Positions 29,346 to 39,982 of a stretch of 64,000 bases of DNA are shown piece by piece. Position 1 is the first letter of the stretch. Each line of letters begins with the position of its first letter. The notes beneath the pieces were generated by a model. It worked only from the letters and a program-made list of their open reading frames with translations. It did no database searches and was not told the DNA's origin. This stretch comes from an uncultured delta proteobacterium (GTDB taxonomy: Bacteria > Desulfobacterota > RBG-13-43-22): positions 224,001-288,000 of the forward strand of contig CAWBOS010000013.1 in assembly GCA_963790475.1 (NCBI GenBank), given 5' to 3'. The position numbers and the translations under genes were made by a program.

Positions 29346-32300
29346 ATGATTTGTCCCAAGTGTCAAACCGACCTTCCTGACTTAGCCAAATTCTGCAAAA
29401 AGTGCGGCCAAAGGATAGAGATGGTTTGTCCTGAATGCGGTAAAAGCATACCTCCTGACAGCATATTTTGTCTCGAATGCGGACACCTATTATCCGACAC
29501 CTCCAAGCCTGCCCTAAAAGACCTGACCTTCGACGAGAAACTGACTAAGATCCAGAAGTATCTCCCCGGCAATATCACAGAAAAGATCCTTTCCCAGCGA
29601 GATCGGATCGAGGGGGAACGGAAACAGGTCTCCGTGCTGTTTACCGACATGTCAGGCTATACTACCATGTCGGAGAAACTCGATGCCGAGGAGGTTTACT
29701 CCCTCATGGATCAGGTCTATGAGATCCTCATCCACAAGGTCACGGAGTACGGAGGGACGGTGAATGAGTTTACCGGTGACGGGATCATGGCCCTCTTCGG
29801 TGCCCCCATCGCCCTGGAGGATGCCCCCCAGCGAGCGATCCGGGCCAGTTCAGCCATCCACCGGGAGATCGTCCAGTTCAATGAGAGGATGAGGAGGGAG
29901 AAACCCGGGCATATTGCTCTCCGGATGAGGGCGGGTATCCATACTGGTCCTGTGGTGGTTGGTACAGTGGGTAACGACCTCCGGGTCACTTTCACGGCTA
30001 TAGGTGACACAGTGAACCTTGCCTCCCGGATGGAATCCCTGGCCGAACCGGGAAGCACCTGTGTAAGTGAGGATACTTTTAAATTGACGGAAGGACTGTT
30101 CCGCTTTGAGGGATTGGGTGAAAAAGAAATCAAGGGTAAGGAGAAGTCTGTCTATGTCTACCGGGTAATAGCCCCCAGTACCAGCCGTACCCGCTTTGAT
30201 GTCAGTGCTGAGCGGGGATTGACGCCCTTCGTCGGGAGAGATCGGGAACGAGAACTTTTACTTGATGGCTTTGAGCGTGCCCGTTCCGGCAGAGGCCAGG
30301 CGGTCTCCATCGTTTCCGAAGCGGGGATGGGGAAATCTCGTCTGCTATATGAATTCCGCAAGGCCATACTCAACGAAGACATCACATTCCTGGAAGGCAA
30401 ATGCCTCTCCTTTGGCCGGAGTGTGGCTTACCAACCCATCACCGACATCCTGAAATCAAACTTCGACATCCGGGAGGGCGATTGGGACCCCGTTATACGC
30501 AAGAAGGTTACCCAGGGCCTTCAAACCATCTCCGTGGAAGAAGGTCCTGCCATGCCTTATATCCTGGAGCTTCTCTCCGTCAAGGACAGCGGCATTGAGA
30601 AGATCACCATGTCACCCGAAGGGAAGAAGGACAAGACTATAGAGACCCTGAAAAGGATCATTCTGAAGGGTTCTGAGATACGGCCCCTGGTCATAGCTAT
30701 TGAAGATTTACACTGGATTGATAAGACCTCAGAAGATGTTCTCAAGTATCTCCTGGAAAGCATCGCCGGTGCCAGGATGCTGTTGATCTTTACCTACCGC
30801 CCGGAGTTCATCCCAACTTGGGGCGCCCGCTCGTACCACAACCAGCTTCTGCTCAACCGCCTTTCCAACCGGGAGAGTCTATTAATGGCCACCCATATAC
30901 TGGATACGGAGGATCTGGAAACCGCCCTGGAAGAGGTCATCCTGGAGAAGACCGAAGGGATCCCTTTCTTTGTAGAAGAGTTCATCAAGTCAATGAAGGA
31001 TTTGGGCTTCATCGAAAGAAAGGACGCCACCTACCGCATCTCTAAAGAGCTCCAAACGATCCGCATTCCCTCCACCATTCAAGACATCATCATGGCCCGA
31101 GTGGACGCCCTGCCCGAGGGGGCCAAGGAACTGCTCCAGGTAGGCTCCCTCATCGAGCGTGAGTTTTCTTATAAACTCATCAAGGCGGCCATGCATCTCC
31201 CGGAAGAAGAACTGCTCCGACGCCTCTCCTTCCTCAAGGATGCAGAGCTGCTCTACGAGCGAGGCTTATTTCCCGATTCCACCTTCATCTTCAAACACGC
31301 CCTGACCCGTGAGGTGGTCTATGACACCCTCCTGGAGAGGAAGAAAAAAGAGATCCACATAAACATCGGGAAAGCCATCGAGGAGGTGTACAAAGACAAT
31401 CTTGAGGAGATGGTTAGCGCTCTGGCGGAACACTTCGAAGAGGGCGGTGATTACGAGAAGGCGGCGACATACTTCCATTTGGCTCAAAGGCGTGCCCGGA
31501 GCACGTCGGCGATCCTTGATTCCATAGCTTTCTCCAGGAAAGAAGTCTCCTGCCTGGAAAAACTCCCCAGCAGCGTTGAAATGCAAAAACGGGTCATCGA
31601 CGCCAGGGTCATCTTGGCCTACAACTGCAATTCTTTTAACCATTATGTTGAGGCCAGGGATGCTGTCACTCCTATCTTCGATCTCGTTCACCAGTTCGAA
31701 TACCGGAAAAGACTTCCCGCAATCTATAGCATTATGGCGACTTATCTCATTATGGTTGAAGAAAGACACAACGAAGCAGAAACTCGTCAGTACCTATTGG
31801 ATGCGCAGAGGCTCGCCTTGGAAGCGAGAGATTACCAATCTCTATGGACAGCGTATAACTACGAGGGTTTTGCATATGGATGTGACTGTGAGTTTGCCGA
31901 GGGAGAATCCCGCTTACTTCGCGTCATAGAGATTTCTGAAGAAATAGCCAAAGTGACAGGGAGCGTGGTGGGGCTGGTATGGGCGAAGTGCAACATCGCG
32001 ATAATGATCTATTGGTTTAATGGAAGTTTAGATAAATGCTTGGGGTGCACTCAAGAGGCCTTGCAGCTCGCTCTCCAAGCCGATGACCTATATCTGAAGG
32101 GTTTGGCATATTCTAATTGCGGTATTGCCTTTTTAAAAAAAGGTTTATTTCCGGAAGCGGAACAACACATGAAACTGGGTATTGAAATGTGTCAGAAAAC
32201 TGATCATGCCAGTCTGCTGCGTACTACCTTTCATAATTTAGAACTACTTTACTATGAGATTGGCAGGTATCAAGAGGCTCAGGAATGCGGAGTCGCCGCT

Positions 32301-32732
32301 CTTATGCTGGCTGAACGTGTTAGGTTTTATCCTTCTATTGACCGAGTATGGCAACTCCGGGAAGTTGCGTTCGAGGTTCAGAGTGGCCTCAATCCCTCAC
32401 TTGATAGGGTTCAAAATTTTGATCTTCGGGAGATAAGAATGAAAATTGCGCAAGGAATGGCAGCTCAGGCCATGGGAGAAATTTATCTCTATCTCGACGA
32501 TAAGCACATGGACGAGGCTGAGGACTGGATCAGAAAAGCCATCGATGGGGATGAACAAAACCGGATGCCCTGGGATCTGGCCAGGGATTACGCCCTCTAT
32601 GCCGAATTCTTTAAGAAGAAGGGTGATCCAGCACAGGCCAAAGAAAAGCTGAGTAAGGCCATAGAACTGATGCGGGGGTGCGGCGCTGATGGGTGGACAA
32701 AGAGATATGAGGAGAGGCTGGCAGGGATGTGA
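29346..32732 (+). CDS. double zinc ribbon-class III nucleotide cyclase-STAND ATPase-TPR protein
   Basis: CxxC x4; LFTD, FTGDG, GDTVNLASR; EAGMGKS Walker A, IEDLHW; FKHALTREV. Confidence 0.93.
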   Translation: MICPKCQTDLPDLAKFCKKCGQRIEMVCPECGKSIPPDSIFCLECGHLLSDTSKPALKDLTFDEKLTKIQKYLPGNITEKILSQRDRIEGERKQVSVLFTDMSGYTTMSEKLDAEEVYSLMDQVYEILIHKVTEYGGTVNEFTGDGIMALFGAPIALEDAPQRAIRASSAIHREIVQFNERMRREKPGHIALRMRAGIHTGPVVVGTVGNDLRVTFTAIGDTVNLASRMESLAEPGSTCVSEDTFKLTEGLFRFEGLGEKEIKGKEKSVYVYRVIAPSTSRTRFDVSAERGLTPFVGRDRERELLLDGFERARSGRGQAVSIVSEAGMGKSRLLYEFRKAILNEDITFLEGKCLSFGRSVAYQPITDILKSNFDIREGDWDPVIRKKVTQGLQTISVEEGPAMPYILELLSVKDSGIEKITMSPEGKKDKTIETLKRIILKGSEIRPLVIAIEDLHWIDKTSEDVLKYLLESIAGARMLLIFTYRPEFIPTWGARSYHNQLLLNRLSNRESLLMATHILDTEDLETALEEVILEKTEGIPFFVEEFIKSMKDLGFIERKDATYRISKELQTIRIPSTIQDIIMARVDALPEGAKELLQVGSLIEREFSYKLIKAAMHLPEEELLRRLSFLKDAELLYERGLFPDSTFIFKHALTREVVYDTLLERKKKEIHINIGKAIEEVYKDNLEEMVSALAEHFEEGGDYEKAATYFHLAQRRARSTSAILDSIAFSRKEVSCLEKLPSSVEMQKRVIDARVILAYNCNSFNHYVEARDAVTPIFDLVHQFEYRKRLPAIYSIMATYLIMVEERHNEAETRQYLLDAQRLALEARDYQSLWTAYNYEGFAYGCDCEFAEGESRLLRVIEISEEIAKVTGSVVGLVWAKCNIAIMIYWFNGSLDKCLGCTQEALQLALQADDLYLKGLAYSNCGIAFLKKGLFPEAEQHMKLGIEMCQKTDHASLLRTTFHNLELLYYEIGRYQEAQECGVAALMLAERVRFYPSIDRVWQLREVAFEVQSGLNPSLDRVQNFDLREIRMKIAQGMAAQAMGEIYLYLDDKHMDEAEDWIRKAIDGDEQNRMPWDLARDYALYAEFFKKKGDPAQAKEKLSKAIELMRGCGADGWTKRYEERLAGM

Positions 32733-32768
32733 TGAACCAAGTTTCTTCCTACTGATGGAGGGATAAAC

Positions 32769-35700
32769 ATGAAATGCTTTAAGTGCGGTTTTGAGAACAG
32801 GAACGGGGCAAAGTTCTGTGGAAAGTGCAGATCAAAGCTCACACAGTTCTGTCCCTCATGTAACGCAGAAAATCCACCGGAGACCATCTACTGCGATCAA
32901 TGCGGCCAGGCCCTGGGAGAAGCCCTTCGCACCTCTCCAACGCCGACCGCTTTTGATAAGGCCCAACCCCAATCCTACACCCCAAAACATTTAGCCGAGA
33001 GGATCCTGAACATCCGCAGTGCCCTGGAAGGGGAGCGTAAGCTGGTCACGGTCATGTTTGCCGATGTGGTGGGCTTCACCAGTCTCTCGGAGAAGCTCGA
33101 ACCAGAAGAAGTGCACCTGATTATGGAAGGCTGCATCAAGATCCTGATGGATGAGATCCATAAGTATGAGGGGACGATCAACCAGTTCACCGGGGATGGG
33201 GTTATGACCCTGTTCGGTGCCCCCCTGGCCCATGAGGACCATGCCCAGCGCGCCTGTTATACGGCCCTGGCCATCCAGAAGGACCTGGCCGAATACAACG
33301 AGAAGATCCAGAAGGATTACGGCCAGGAATTCCGGATGCGTATCGGCCTCAACTCCGGTCCCGTGGTCGTCGGTTCCATCGGGGACGATCTGCACATGGA
33401 TTATACGGCCATCGGAGATACCATCAACCTGGCCTCCCGTATGGAAGGCCTGGCCCAACCCGGGACCGTTCTTCTCTCCAGGCACACCCACCGCCTGGTC
33501 AAGGACTACTTCGATCTGAAACCAATGGGTCCCTTGGAAGTGAAAGGTAAGGAAGAGCCCCAAGAGGCCTTTGAGCTGGTCAAGGTCGGGGGAGCGGCTA
33601 CCAGGCTGGAAGCGTCTATGGCCAGGGGGCTTACCCGGTTTGTGGGCCGACGACGGGAGATCGAAACCCTCCGGGAGGCTTTTATTAAGGTCCAATCAGG
33701 AGAGGGCCAAGTCATGGGCCTGGTCGGCGGAGCCGGGGTGGGAAAATCCAGGCTGATCCTCGAGATGAGGAAGATGTTTCCTCAAGAAGGATATCTTCAT
33801 CTCCAAGGAAGGTGCCTTCACTATGGAAGCTCCATCGCCTTCTCGCCCCTGTTGGACATCCTGAGGTCTTACTTTGAGATCAAAGAGAGCGATCCGGAGT
33901 ATTTAATCAAGCGAAGGATGAGAGAGAAAATCCTTGCCCTTGATGAAAAGCTAAACAATATCCTCCCACCTTTCCAGGAACTTTTATCCCTTATTGGGGA
34001 AGAGGATGCCTATCTGAAGCTTGAGCCCAGGCAGAAAAGAGAAAGGATCTTCGAGTCCCTAAAGGATCTTTTTGTTCGGGAGAGCCAGAACCAGCCCGTG
34101 ATCCTGGTTATAGAGGATCTGCACTGGATCGACAAGACCTCGGAAGAGTTTCTGGATTATTTGATCGGCTGGCTGGCCAATACCTCCATTTTTTTGATCC
34201 TTCTTTACCGGCCCGAGTACATCCACCGCTGGGCCAGTAAATCCTATTACAATAACCTCGGCCTGGATCAATTGTCCGTCAAGGCCAGCGCCGAGTTGGT
34301 TCAGTCCATCCTGGGGGAAGGAGAAATCGTCCCCGAGCTGAAAGACCTGATCCTGGGGAAAGCCGAGGGTAACCCTCTTTTTATGGAGGAGCTGACCCTT
34401 AGCCTGCTGGAGAACGGTTCTATCCTGAAAACCGGAGATCAATATGTTCTGAGCAAAAAGGCTTCAGACATTCAAGTCCCTGATACCATCCAGGGGATCA
34501 TCGCGGCCCGGATAGATCGTTTGGAGGAGAGTCTGAAGAGAATCATACAGGTAGCCTCGGTCATCGGGAGAGAATTTCCGTTCCGTATCCTTCAGGCCAT
34601 TGTGGAGATGAAAGAAGAGTTGAAATTCCACCTCATCAATCTTCAAAGCCACGAGTTCATCTACGAGAAGAGACTTCTCCCGGAACTGGAGTACATCTTC
34701 AAGCATGCCCTGACCCGGGAAGTGGCCTATAACAGCCTGCTTTTAAAAAGGAGAAAAGAGATCCACGAGAAGACCGGCAAGGCCATAGAAGGGCTCTATC
34801 AGGAAAGGCTGGAGGAGTTTTATGAGGTGCTGGCCTATCATTATTCCCGGAGCGATAGCCTGGACAAGGCCTGCCAGTATTTGAAATTATCCAGGAAGAA
34901 GTCCACCCAGAACAATTCTGTTTGGGAGGCCTATCGTTTTTACCAGGAAACACTTAGCCTCCTCAAGCAGATGCCGGAAACGGAGGAAAACAATAGGGAG
35001 CAGGTCGAGGTCATTCTATTAATGGCGGTTCCGATGAGAATGCTGGCTTATCCGGGAGATTCCTTCAAGTTCCTTCAAGAGGGGGAGAGGCTGGTCAAAG
35101 AGCTTAAGGATGGAAAAAGCAGGACATACTTAAAAAACTTCATAGGCCTATATTATTCCCAAAGAGGGGATCCCCTGCTGGGAAGAAAATATCTGGAGGA
35201 TTCTTTTGCCGAGGCCGAAAAGATACAGGATATTGAGATAATCGCCCCGGCCAGCATTGGCCTTTGTGTTTCTTATACAGTTGAAGGAGAGTATAAAAAA
35301 ATAGTACTTATAGCTCCCAAGGCCATCGCCCTGCTGGAGAAAACGCACCGGGAGTCTGAATTTTTTGGGTCAACTGGCAATCCATATTCGCAATTGCAAG
35401 GCTGGTATGGGCGTAGCTTGGCAGCTTTGGGAGAATTCAGGACCGGAGAGCAGTTATTGGAAAAGGCCCTTTCTTCTGCGCAGAAGAGCAATCATCTCTT
35501 TAGCATTGGCGGGGTAGAATTGCAGTATGGGATTCTATTTATGTTTAAAGGGGATGGAGAAAATATCATAAAACATTGTCAGAGTGCCATTGAATATTTT
35601 GAAAAATCGCAAGCGGTTGTCCTTTTACCAAGTGTCTGGAGTTTCATCGGTTTTGGATATTATTTTTTGGGCGAGCTTACAAGCGCTTTAGCGTTCATGG

Positions 35701-36146
35701 AAAAAGGCCTTAAGATGCAACAGGATATCGGATTACCCCTCTATTTGTCCTTGATTCATTCCTGCTTAAGTATGTTTCATGGTGATTCAGGCCATTGGGA
35801 AGAAGCCAAGGTCCAGGCAGAGCAGGCGCTGAAGTTCGCCCAAACAAATTTTGAAAAATTTTTTGAAGGGTTATCATGGCTTCTTCTGGGAAGGACCGTT
35901 GGAAAAATGGAAAAAGCACAACTCGATATAGCAGAGGAGTATATCCTAAAAGGAATGAAGATATTGGAGGAACTGGGGATCAAACCAATTCTTTCCATAG
36001 GCAATTTTTACTTCGGGGAGCTTTATGCCGATGCGGTTCAGAAAGAAAAAGCCCTGGAACACCTAATGAATGCCGAAGCCTTGTTTCAGGAGATGGGAAT
36101 GGATTATTGGCTGGGGAGGACCCGGGAGATGTTGGGGAAGCTCTGA
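32769..36146 (+). CDS. second tandem zinc ribbon-cyclase-STAND ATPase-TPR paralog
   Basis: FADVVGFT, FTGDG, GDTINLASR; GGAGVGKS, IEDLHW, GNPLF. Confidence 0.93.
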   Translation: MKCFKCGFENRNGAKFCGKCRSKLTQFCPSCNAENPPETIYCDQCGQALGEALRTSPTPTAFDKAQPQSYTPKHLAERILNIRSALEGERKLVTVMFADVVGFTSLSEKLEPEEVHLIMEGCIKILMDEIHKYEGTINQFTGDGVMTLFGAPLAHEDHAQRACYTALAIQKDLAEYNEKIQKDYGQEFRMRIGLNSGPVVVGSIGDDLHMDYTAIGDTINLASRMEGLAQPGTVLLSRHTHRLVKDYFDLKPMGPLEVKGKEEPQEAFELVKVGGAATRLEASMARGLTRFVGRRREIETLREAFIKVQSGEGQVMGLVGGAGVGKSRLILEMRKMFPQEGYLHLQGRCLHYGSSIAFSPLLDILRSYFEIKESDPEYLIKRRMREKILALDEKLNNILPPFQELLSLIGEEDAYLKLEPRQKRERIFESLKDLFVRESQNQPVILVIEDLHWIDKTSEEFLDYLIGWLANTSIFLILLYRPEYIHRWASKSYYNNLGLDQLSVKASAELVQSILGEGEIVPELKDLILGKAEGNPLFMEELTLSLLENGSILKTGDQYVLSKKASDIQVPDTIQGIIAARIDRLEESLKRIIQVASVIGREFPFRILQAIVEMKEELKFHLINLQSHEFIYEKRLLPELEYIFKHALTREVAYNSLLLKRRKEIHEKTGKAIEGLYQERLEEFYEVLAYHYSRSDSLDKACQYLKLSRKKSTQNNSVWEAYRFYQETLSLLKQMPETEENNREQVEVILLMAVPMRMLAYPGDSFKFLQEGERLVKELKDGKSRTYLKNFIGLYYSQRGDPLLGRKYLEDSFAEAEKIQDIEIIAPASIGLCVSYTVEGEYKKIVLIAPKAIALLEKTHRESEFFGSTGNPYSQLQGWYGRSLAALGEFRTGEQLLEKALSSAQKSNHLFSIGGVELQYGILFMFKGDGENIIKHCQSAIEYFEKSQAVVLLPSVWSFIGFGYYFLGELTSALAFMEKGLKMQQDIGLPLYLSLIHSCLSMFHGDSGHWEEAKVQAEQALKFAQTNFEKFFEGLSWLLLGRTVGKMEKAQLDIAEEYILKGMKILEELGIKPILSIGNFYFGELYADAVQKEKALEHLMNAEALFQEMGMDYWLGRTREMLGKL

Positions 36147-36321
36147 TGAGAAGAGAACCAATGTCCGGATTAGAAACGGCCCATTTTTTTTGCACAGTTC
36201 AAATAGTAAGTGTTAATTTTTCGGAGTGGCAAGATAAAGCATTGTAGGTGTAAGCGATTGAAGAGTTATCTTGACACTGTCCGTCAACCCCAAATACTGG
36301 TCAGAACAAAAAATTTTAGTA

Positions 36322-36426
36322 AACATCCCAACCGAACCCCAACCTTTTTGGAGCGGGAAATGAAGTGGGAGTTTCAGAAAGTACCAATATGACGCCTCCA
36401 TGAAGGGTCATCCCTTTGTGGAGGCT
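36322..36426 (+). promoter_or_regulatory. conserved leader element, copy 1 (uORF MKWEFQKVPI plus GCCTCC...GGAGGC hairpin)
   Basis: Aligned by eye with copies 2-4; TTGACA-N16-AATACT promoter-like site at 36271-36298. Confidence 0.65.
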
Positions 36427-36537
36427 CTCCGGTTGGTTCGGTGGAAACCAATGGTTCAAATAGCATAAGGATGAAAACAAACCGACATTCATATTACCTA
36501 TCCCCCTAAGAGTGGTGGAATTGAAAAGGAGGTAAAA

Positions 36538-36828
36538 ATGGGAAGATATTTACTAATATGGGAAGCCGATGAGAGCAAAATTCCTATTAATCCTGAAGAG
36601 CGCAAGGTTGGATGGTTGGCTGCGATTGAAATGACAAAGCAGGATATTAAGACTGGGTTGACCAAGGATTGGGGATCATTTCTTGGACAAACCAAGGGAT
36701 TTAGTATCACTGAAGGGACTGAGGACGATGTTATTAGGGAAACCCTGAAGTATATCCCCTACTTTCGATTCAAATTATACCCTTTAGTATCCATTGAAAA
36801 ATTAGAAGCAGCCATAAAAGCTATATAA
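36538..36828 (+). CDS. small DUF3303-like protein
   Basis: AGGAGG RBS; KDWG.F...G..I.EGTE; paralog of 37919-38212. Confidence 0.75.
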   Translation: MGRYLLIWEADESKIPINPEERKVGWLAAIEMTKQDIKTGLTKDWGSFLGQTKGFSITEGTEDDVIRETLKYIPYFRFKLYPLVSIEKLEAAIKAI

Positions 36829-36879
36829 TTGGTTGAATGAAACTATGAACCTTAGGCAGGGTCAAAAGGCCCTGCCTGT

Positions 36880-36970
36880 AATCCTTGTGAAATGGGCTAT
36901 GAAGTGGGAGTTTCGGAAGGTTCCATTGTGAAGCATCTTTGGGGAATCAAACCCTGTAGAGGCTTTTTTG
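36880..36970 (+). promoter_or_regulatory. conserved leader element, copy 2 (MKWEFRKVPL plus terminator-like hairpin)
   Basis: ATG 36899 to TGA 36931, hairpin and T-run ending ~30 nt before the next start. Confidence 0.6.
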
Positions 36971-36998
36971 CTTTAACCATTTAAGAAAGGAATGAGAC

Positions 36999-37286
36999 AT
37001 GAGTGCATATGTAATCTTCGATGTGGAAATCCGCGACCTTGCACGTTATCAGGAGTATATGAAAGCTGTGAAGCCCGCCGTCGAAGCAGCTGGAGGAAAG
37101 TATCTTTCACGAGGAGGAGCACATAAGGTTTACGAAGGGGACTGGCAGCCAAGGCGAGTTGTGCTTCTTGAGTTTCCGTCCATGGCAGCAATTGAAGATT
37201 TCTATAATGGATCCATATACCGCGAACTCAAAAGCATGAGAGACGAGTGCAGTTCTGCTCGGGCCGTAAGTGTTGAAGGCATTTAG
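36999..37286 (+). CDS. DUF1330 family protein
   Basis: GGKYLSRGG, EGDWQP.RVVLLEFPS. Confidence 0.92.
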   Translation: MSAYVIFDVEIRDLARYQEYMKAVKPAVEAAGGKYLSRGGAHKVYEGDWQPRRVVLLEFPSMAAIEDFYNGSIYRELKSMRDECSSARAVSVEGI

Positions 37287-37319
37287 TCAAAATATCACGC
37301 CAATGGCAACAGTGATGCC

Positions 37320-37420
37320 TAACTCAAACCTATTTGAAGAGGGAATGAAGTGGAATTTTCAGAAAGTACCAATACGAAGCCTCCATGAAGGGTTATCCCT
37401 TTGTGGAGGCTTATTTTTTT
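37320..37420 (+). promoter_or_regulatory. conserved leader element, copy 3
   Basis: ATGAAGTGGAATTTTCAGAAAGTACCAATA then GCCTCCATGAAGGG-TTAT-CCCTTTGTGGAGGC and T-run. Confidence 0.65.
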
Positions 37421-37488
37421 AATAACTAATTCTTCTTAATCCCATTTTACATTCAAATTTTTCCATTTAAATGAAAGGAGACAAAACA

Positions 37489-37809
37489 ATGCCTTAACTG
37501 ATAACAACCTTTTTATATCCAACCGATATAGTGCCTAAGGTGAGGGAGAGATATCAAGAAGCGTCAACAAAATATCCTCCTGATGAGAAATTGTATACCA
37601 CGCTTGTTCCAGTCGCTGCAAAAGCAACTCATGAAGGCATGCAGACAATAAATATTGTAGAAGTCAAGAAAGGAAAACTGGATGAAGCCTATCTTTATTT
37701 AGGAAAGATCATGAATATGTTCCAAAGTATCCAGGGTATTGAATACAGACTAGACATTTATGCTACGCTGGAAGATGGGACTAGTATGGTCCCAACTGGG
37801 CAATACTAA
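37489..37809 (+). pseudogene. small hypothetical protein with in-frame TAA at codon 3
   Basis: AAGGAG RBS then ATG CCT TAA CTG ATA..., in frame with ORF 37531-37809. Confidence 0.65.
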
Positions 37810-37918
37810 AATAGAAGACAAGGGGAAAACGCATAATTGTTTTGTATATATGTAATCGTCATCCGGGCTGTGACATTTACCTATAATTATAGATGACCTT
37901 TAAAAGGAGAGAAAAATC

Positions 37919-38212
37919 ATGGGAAAATATTTACTTTGGGAAGCTGACTGGACGAAAGTAGCTGTGGATCCGAAAGAGCGAGGAACTGGATGGAGTGTTG
38001 CGCAGGAAATGGTTTTGCAAAACCTTAAAAAAGGTATAATGAAAGATTGGGGATGCTTCGTATCGGAAGTTAACGGGTATGCCGTCGCTGAAGGAACTGA
38101 GGTTGAAGTTACGAACATGGTACTACAGTATATTCCTTTCTACAAGTTCACGGCAAAACCAATCGCTTCAATCAGTCAAGTAATGGAATCAACAAAAGCC
38201 ATGATGAAGTGA
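37919..38212 (+). CDS. small DUF3303-like protein, paralog 2
   Basis: MGKYLLWEAD...KDWGCF...AEGTE...YIPF aligns with 36538. Confidence 0.75.
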   Translation: MGKYLLWEADWTKVAVDPKERGTGWSVAQEMVLQNLKKGIMKDWGCFVSEVNGYAVAEGTEVEVTNMVLQYIPFYKFTAKPIASISQVMESTKAMMK

Positions 38213-38282
38213 ATGTGCAGTTTCACCGATTGAGCGAGTGATTTTTTTCTGTCCGGATAATAGTAAGCAAACTCTTTTAAGG

Positions 38283-38315
38283 AAGGCAGAGTCATCCTGG
38301 CTCTGCCTTTTTTTG
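38283..38315 (+). terminator. intrinsic terminator
   Basis: AAGGCAGAG...CTCTGCCTT followed by T-run. Confidence 0.7.
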
Positions 38316-38523
38316 CATATTTGAAATGGTAATCCTTAATTTTTAGTCCAGCTCCCAAGCAAGAGTTGTAGGTGTAATGGGTTAATTGGGGGGAGAACGC
38401 AATTTCTCGAGTGATTTAAAGTAGTTCTTCCTGAAATCCTCAAACTAACAATGTGAAAAAAACGCAAGAGTTTAAACCGTAATCAACCTCACTATTCGAT
38501 TAGCCTTCCTTTTTCTCTTAATG

Positions 38524-39790
38524 TTATCGGTTTGGTTTTTGTTGAAAACTTAGATCCGCTCCATAGGATGTTCCTGCACTGTTGGTGGCCACAAGGCGGT
38601 AATGATAAACGGTATAAAATCTCAGTCCGGTTATTCTGGCCGTAGCAGCAACATAACCTGTCCCGCTTCCGGCTGAATTAACCGTCGTGGCAGACCCGTA
38701 GGAAGTGGTCCGCCCCCACTGAAAGATATAGGTCGTTGATAAGCCGTTGGGATTAACCGTTCCATTCAAAGTGGCGGAATTAAAAATCACAGACGAGGCC
38801 GCGCCGGTATTGGCCACCGGTGCCTTGGTAACCGCAGAGAAAGTTGCTGTCACATTGAGATTCGAGTTCATGGTTACCCGGCAGGTGGACAATGTTCCAG
38901 AACAGGCACCTGACCATCCTCCGAAAACAGAGGTGGCATCAGGAATAGCTGTTAAGGTGACTCCCGTACCAGAAGCGAAAGTGGTCCCTACCGGATTAGT
39001 GGAGACATTGCCATTACCTGTCCCATTTTTGCTAACAGTGAGGGTATAAGTTGCTGAGGAAATAAGCGAAAAAAAGCTGCTATGGTGTGATTGGCGCTTA
39101 CGGAAGAAAAGGTGTAGGAAGTAATCGATCCTTTTGAGACACCGTCCACATTCACATTGGCAACCTTGTAACCGGAATTGGGGGTAATAGTGAATGTCTG
39201 TCCGCCCCCTGCCGGAACAGAAACCTGTCCGGAAGGGGAAATAGTCCCGCCAGATCCGGCCGAAGAAGTGATAATGTAAGCGGCCGAACCGTTTTCACTC
39301 ACCGTAAACACATTCCCGGCGACAGTCAGACTGTCTGAGCGGGTAATGCCGGTGTTGGGAGAAACCGTATACCTCATTGTTCCACTTCCAATACCGGACC
39401 CCGAATTAATCGTTATCCAGGAGGCAGAAGCCGAAGTCCCCCAATTACAACCAGCCTGAGTAGTGATGGACACACTTCCCGACCCACCGGAGGAGGGAAA
39501 AGAGGCACTTGAAGGGGATATGGCGTAGGTGCAGGAAGGGACCGTATAAATTACCTCATTGGAGAACCCGCTCTCTAACCCCTGGCTATTATAAGCAGTA
39601 GCCGCAATATAGTAAGTCAGTCCCAAAGTCAGGCCATTTAAAATGTAGGTGGTTACGTTACCCACATCTATTCTATTCTGGTAGTTTCCTGATTGCGTCC
39701 CGGAATAGATCTTATAACCGGCCAAGTCCGATTCGCTGTTGGGATCCCAAGTAAGTGAGACCTGAGCACAATGACCTGGCGGGCCAAGAT
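38524..39790 (-). pseudogene. surface protein (FN3, BACON, InlB-B-type repeats, FN3), frameshifted ~39065-39077 and lacking its N-terminus
   Basis: WDPNSESDLAGYKIY, CTYAISP, GTISPSG, FGGWSGACSG, LNGTVNPNG; break at an A7 run. Confidence 0.8.
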
Positions 39791-39801
39791 TAGAAAAAAG
39801 T

Positions 39802-39911
39802 ACTTCTATTTGTAAAGTACGGCCCGGCATAATCCCGTTTTCTTCAGAAGACCCCCTCCACCCCCCTGCCTTCTTTTTTTTCTTGAGCTTGCCTTTCCCT
39901 TGTTATAGACT
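39802..39911 (+). repeat. ~110 bp promoter-bearing repeat, copy A (TTGAGC-N17-TAGACT)
   Basis: Near-identical to 41778-41892; diverged copy at 43313-43430. Confidence 0.8.
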
Positions 39912-39982
39912 GATTCTATTAAAAGCAATCTCTTATCAAAAATTCATCAGGAGGCATAACAATAAAAAAAGGAGGAAAAAAT

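Noticed and set aside
36350-36400. Fluoride riboswitch reading of the leader element (GGAAATGAAGT...ATGACGCCT)
   Set aside because: The required P1 and pseudoknot pairings are absent and the 3' motif is not kept in copies 2-4
37287-37340. Integron attC after the DUF1330 gene (GCCTAAC)
   Set aside because: No matching GTTRRRY or palindromic body, and no integron integrase in the window
36322-37420. CRISPR array reading of the repeated leader
   Set aside because: Repeats are ~100 nt, degenerate and separated by whole genes; no cas genes
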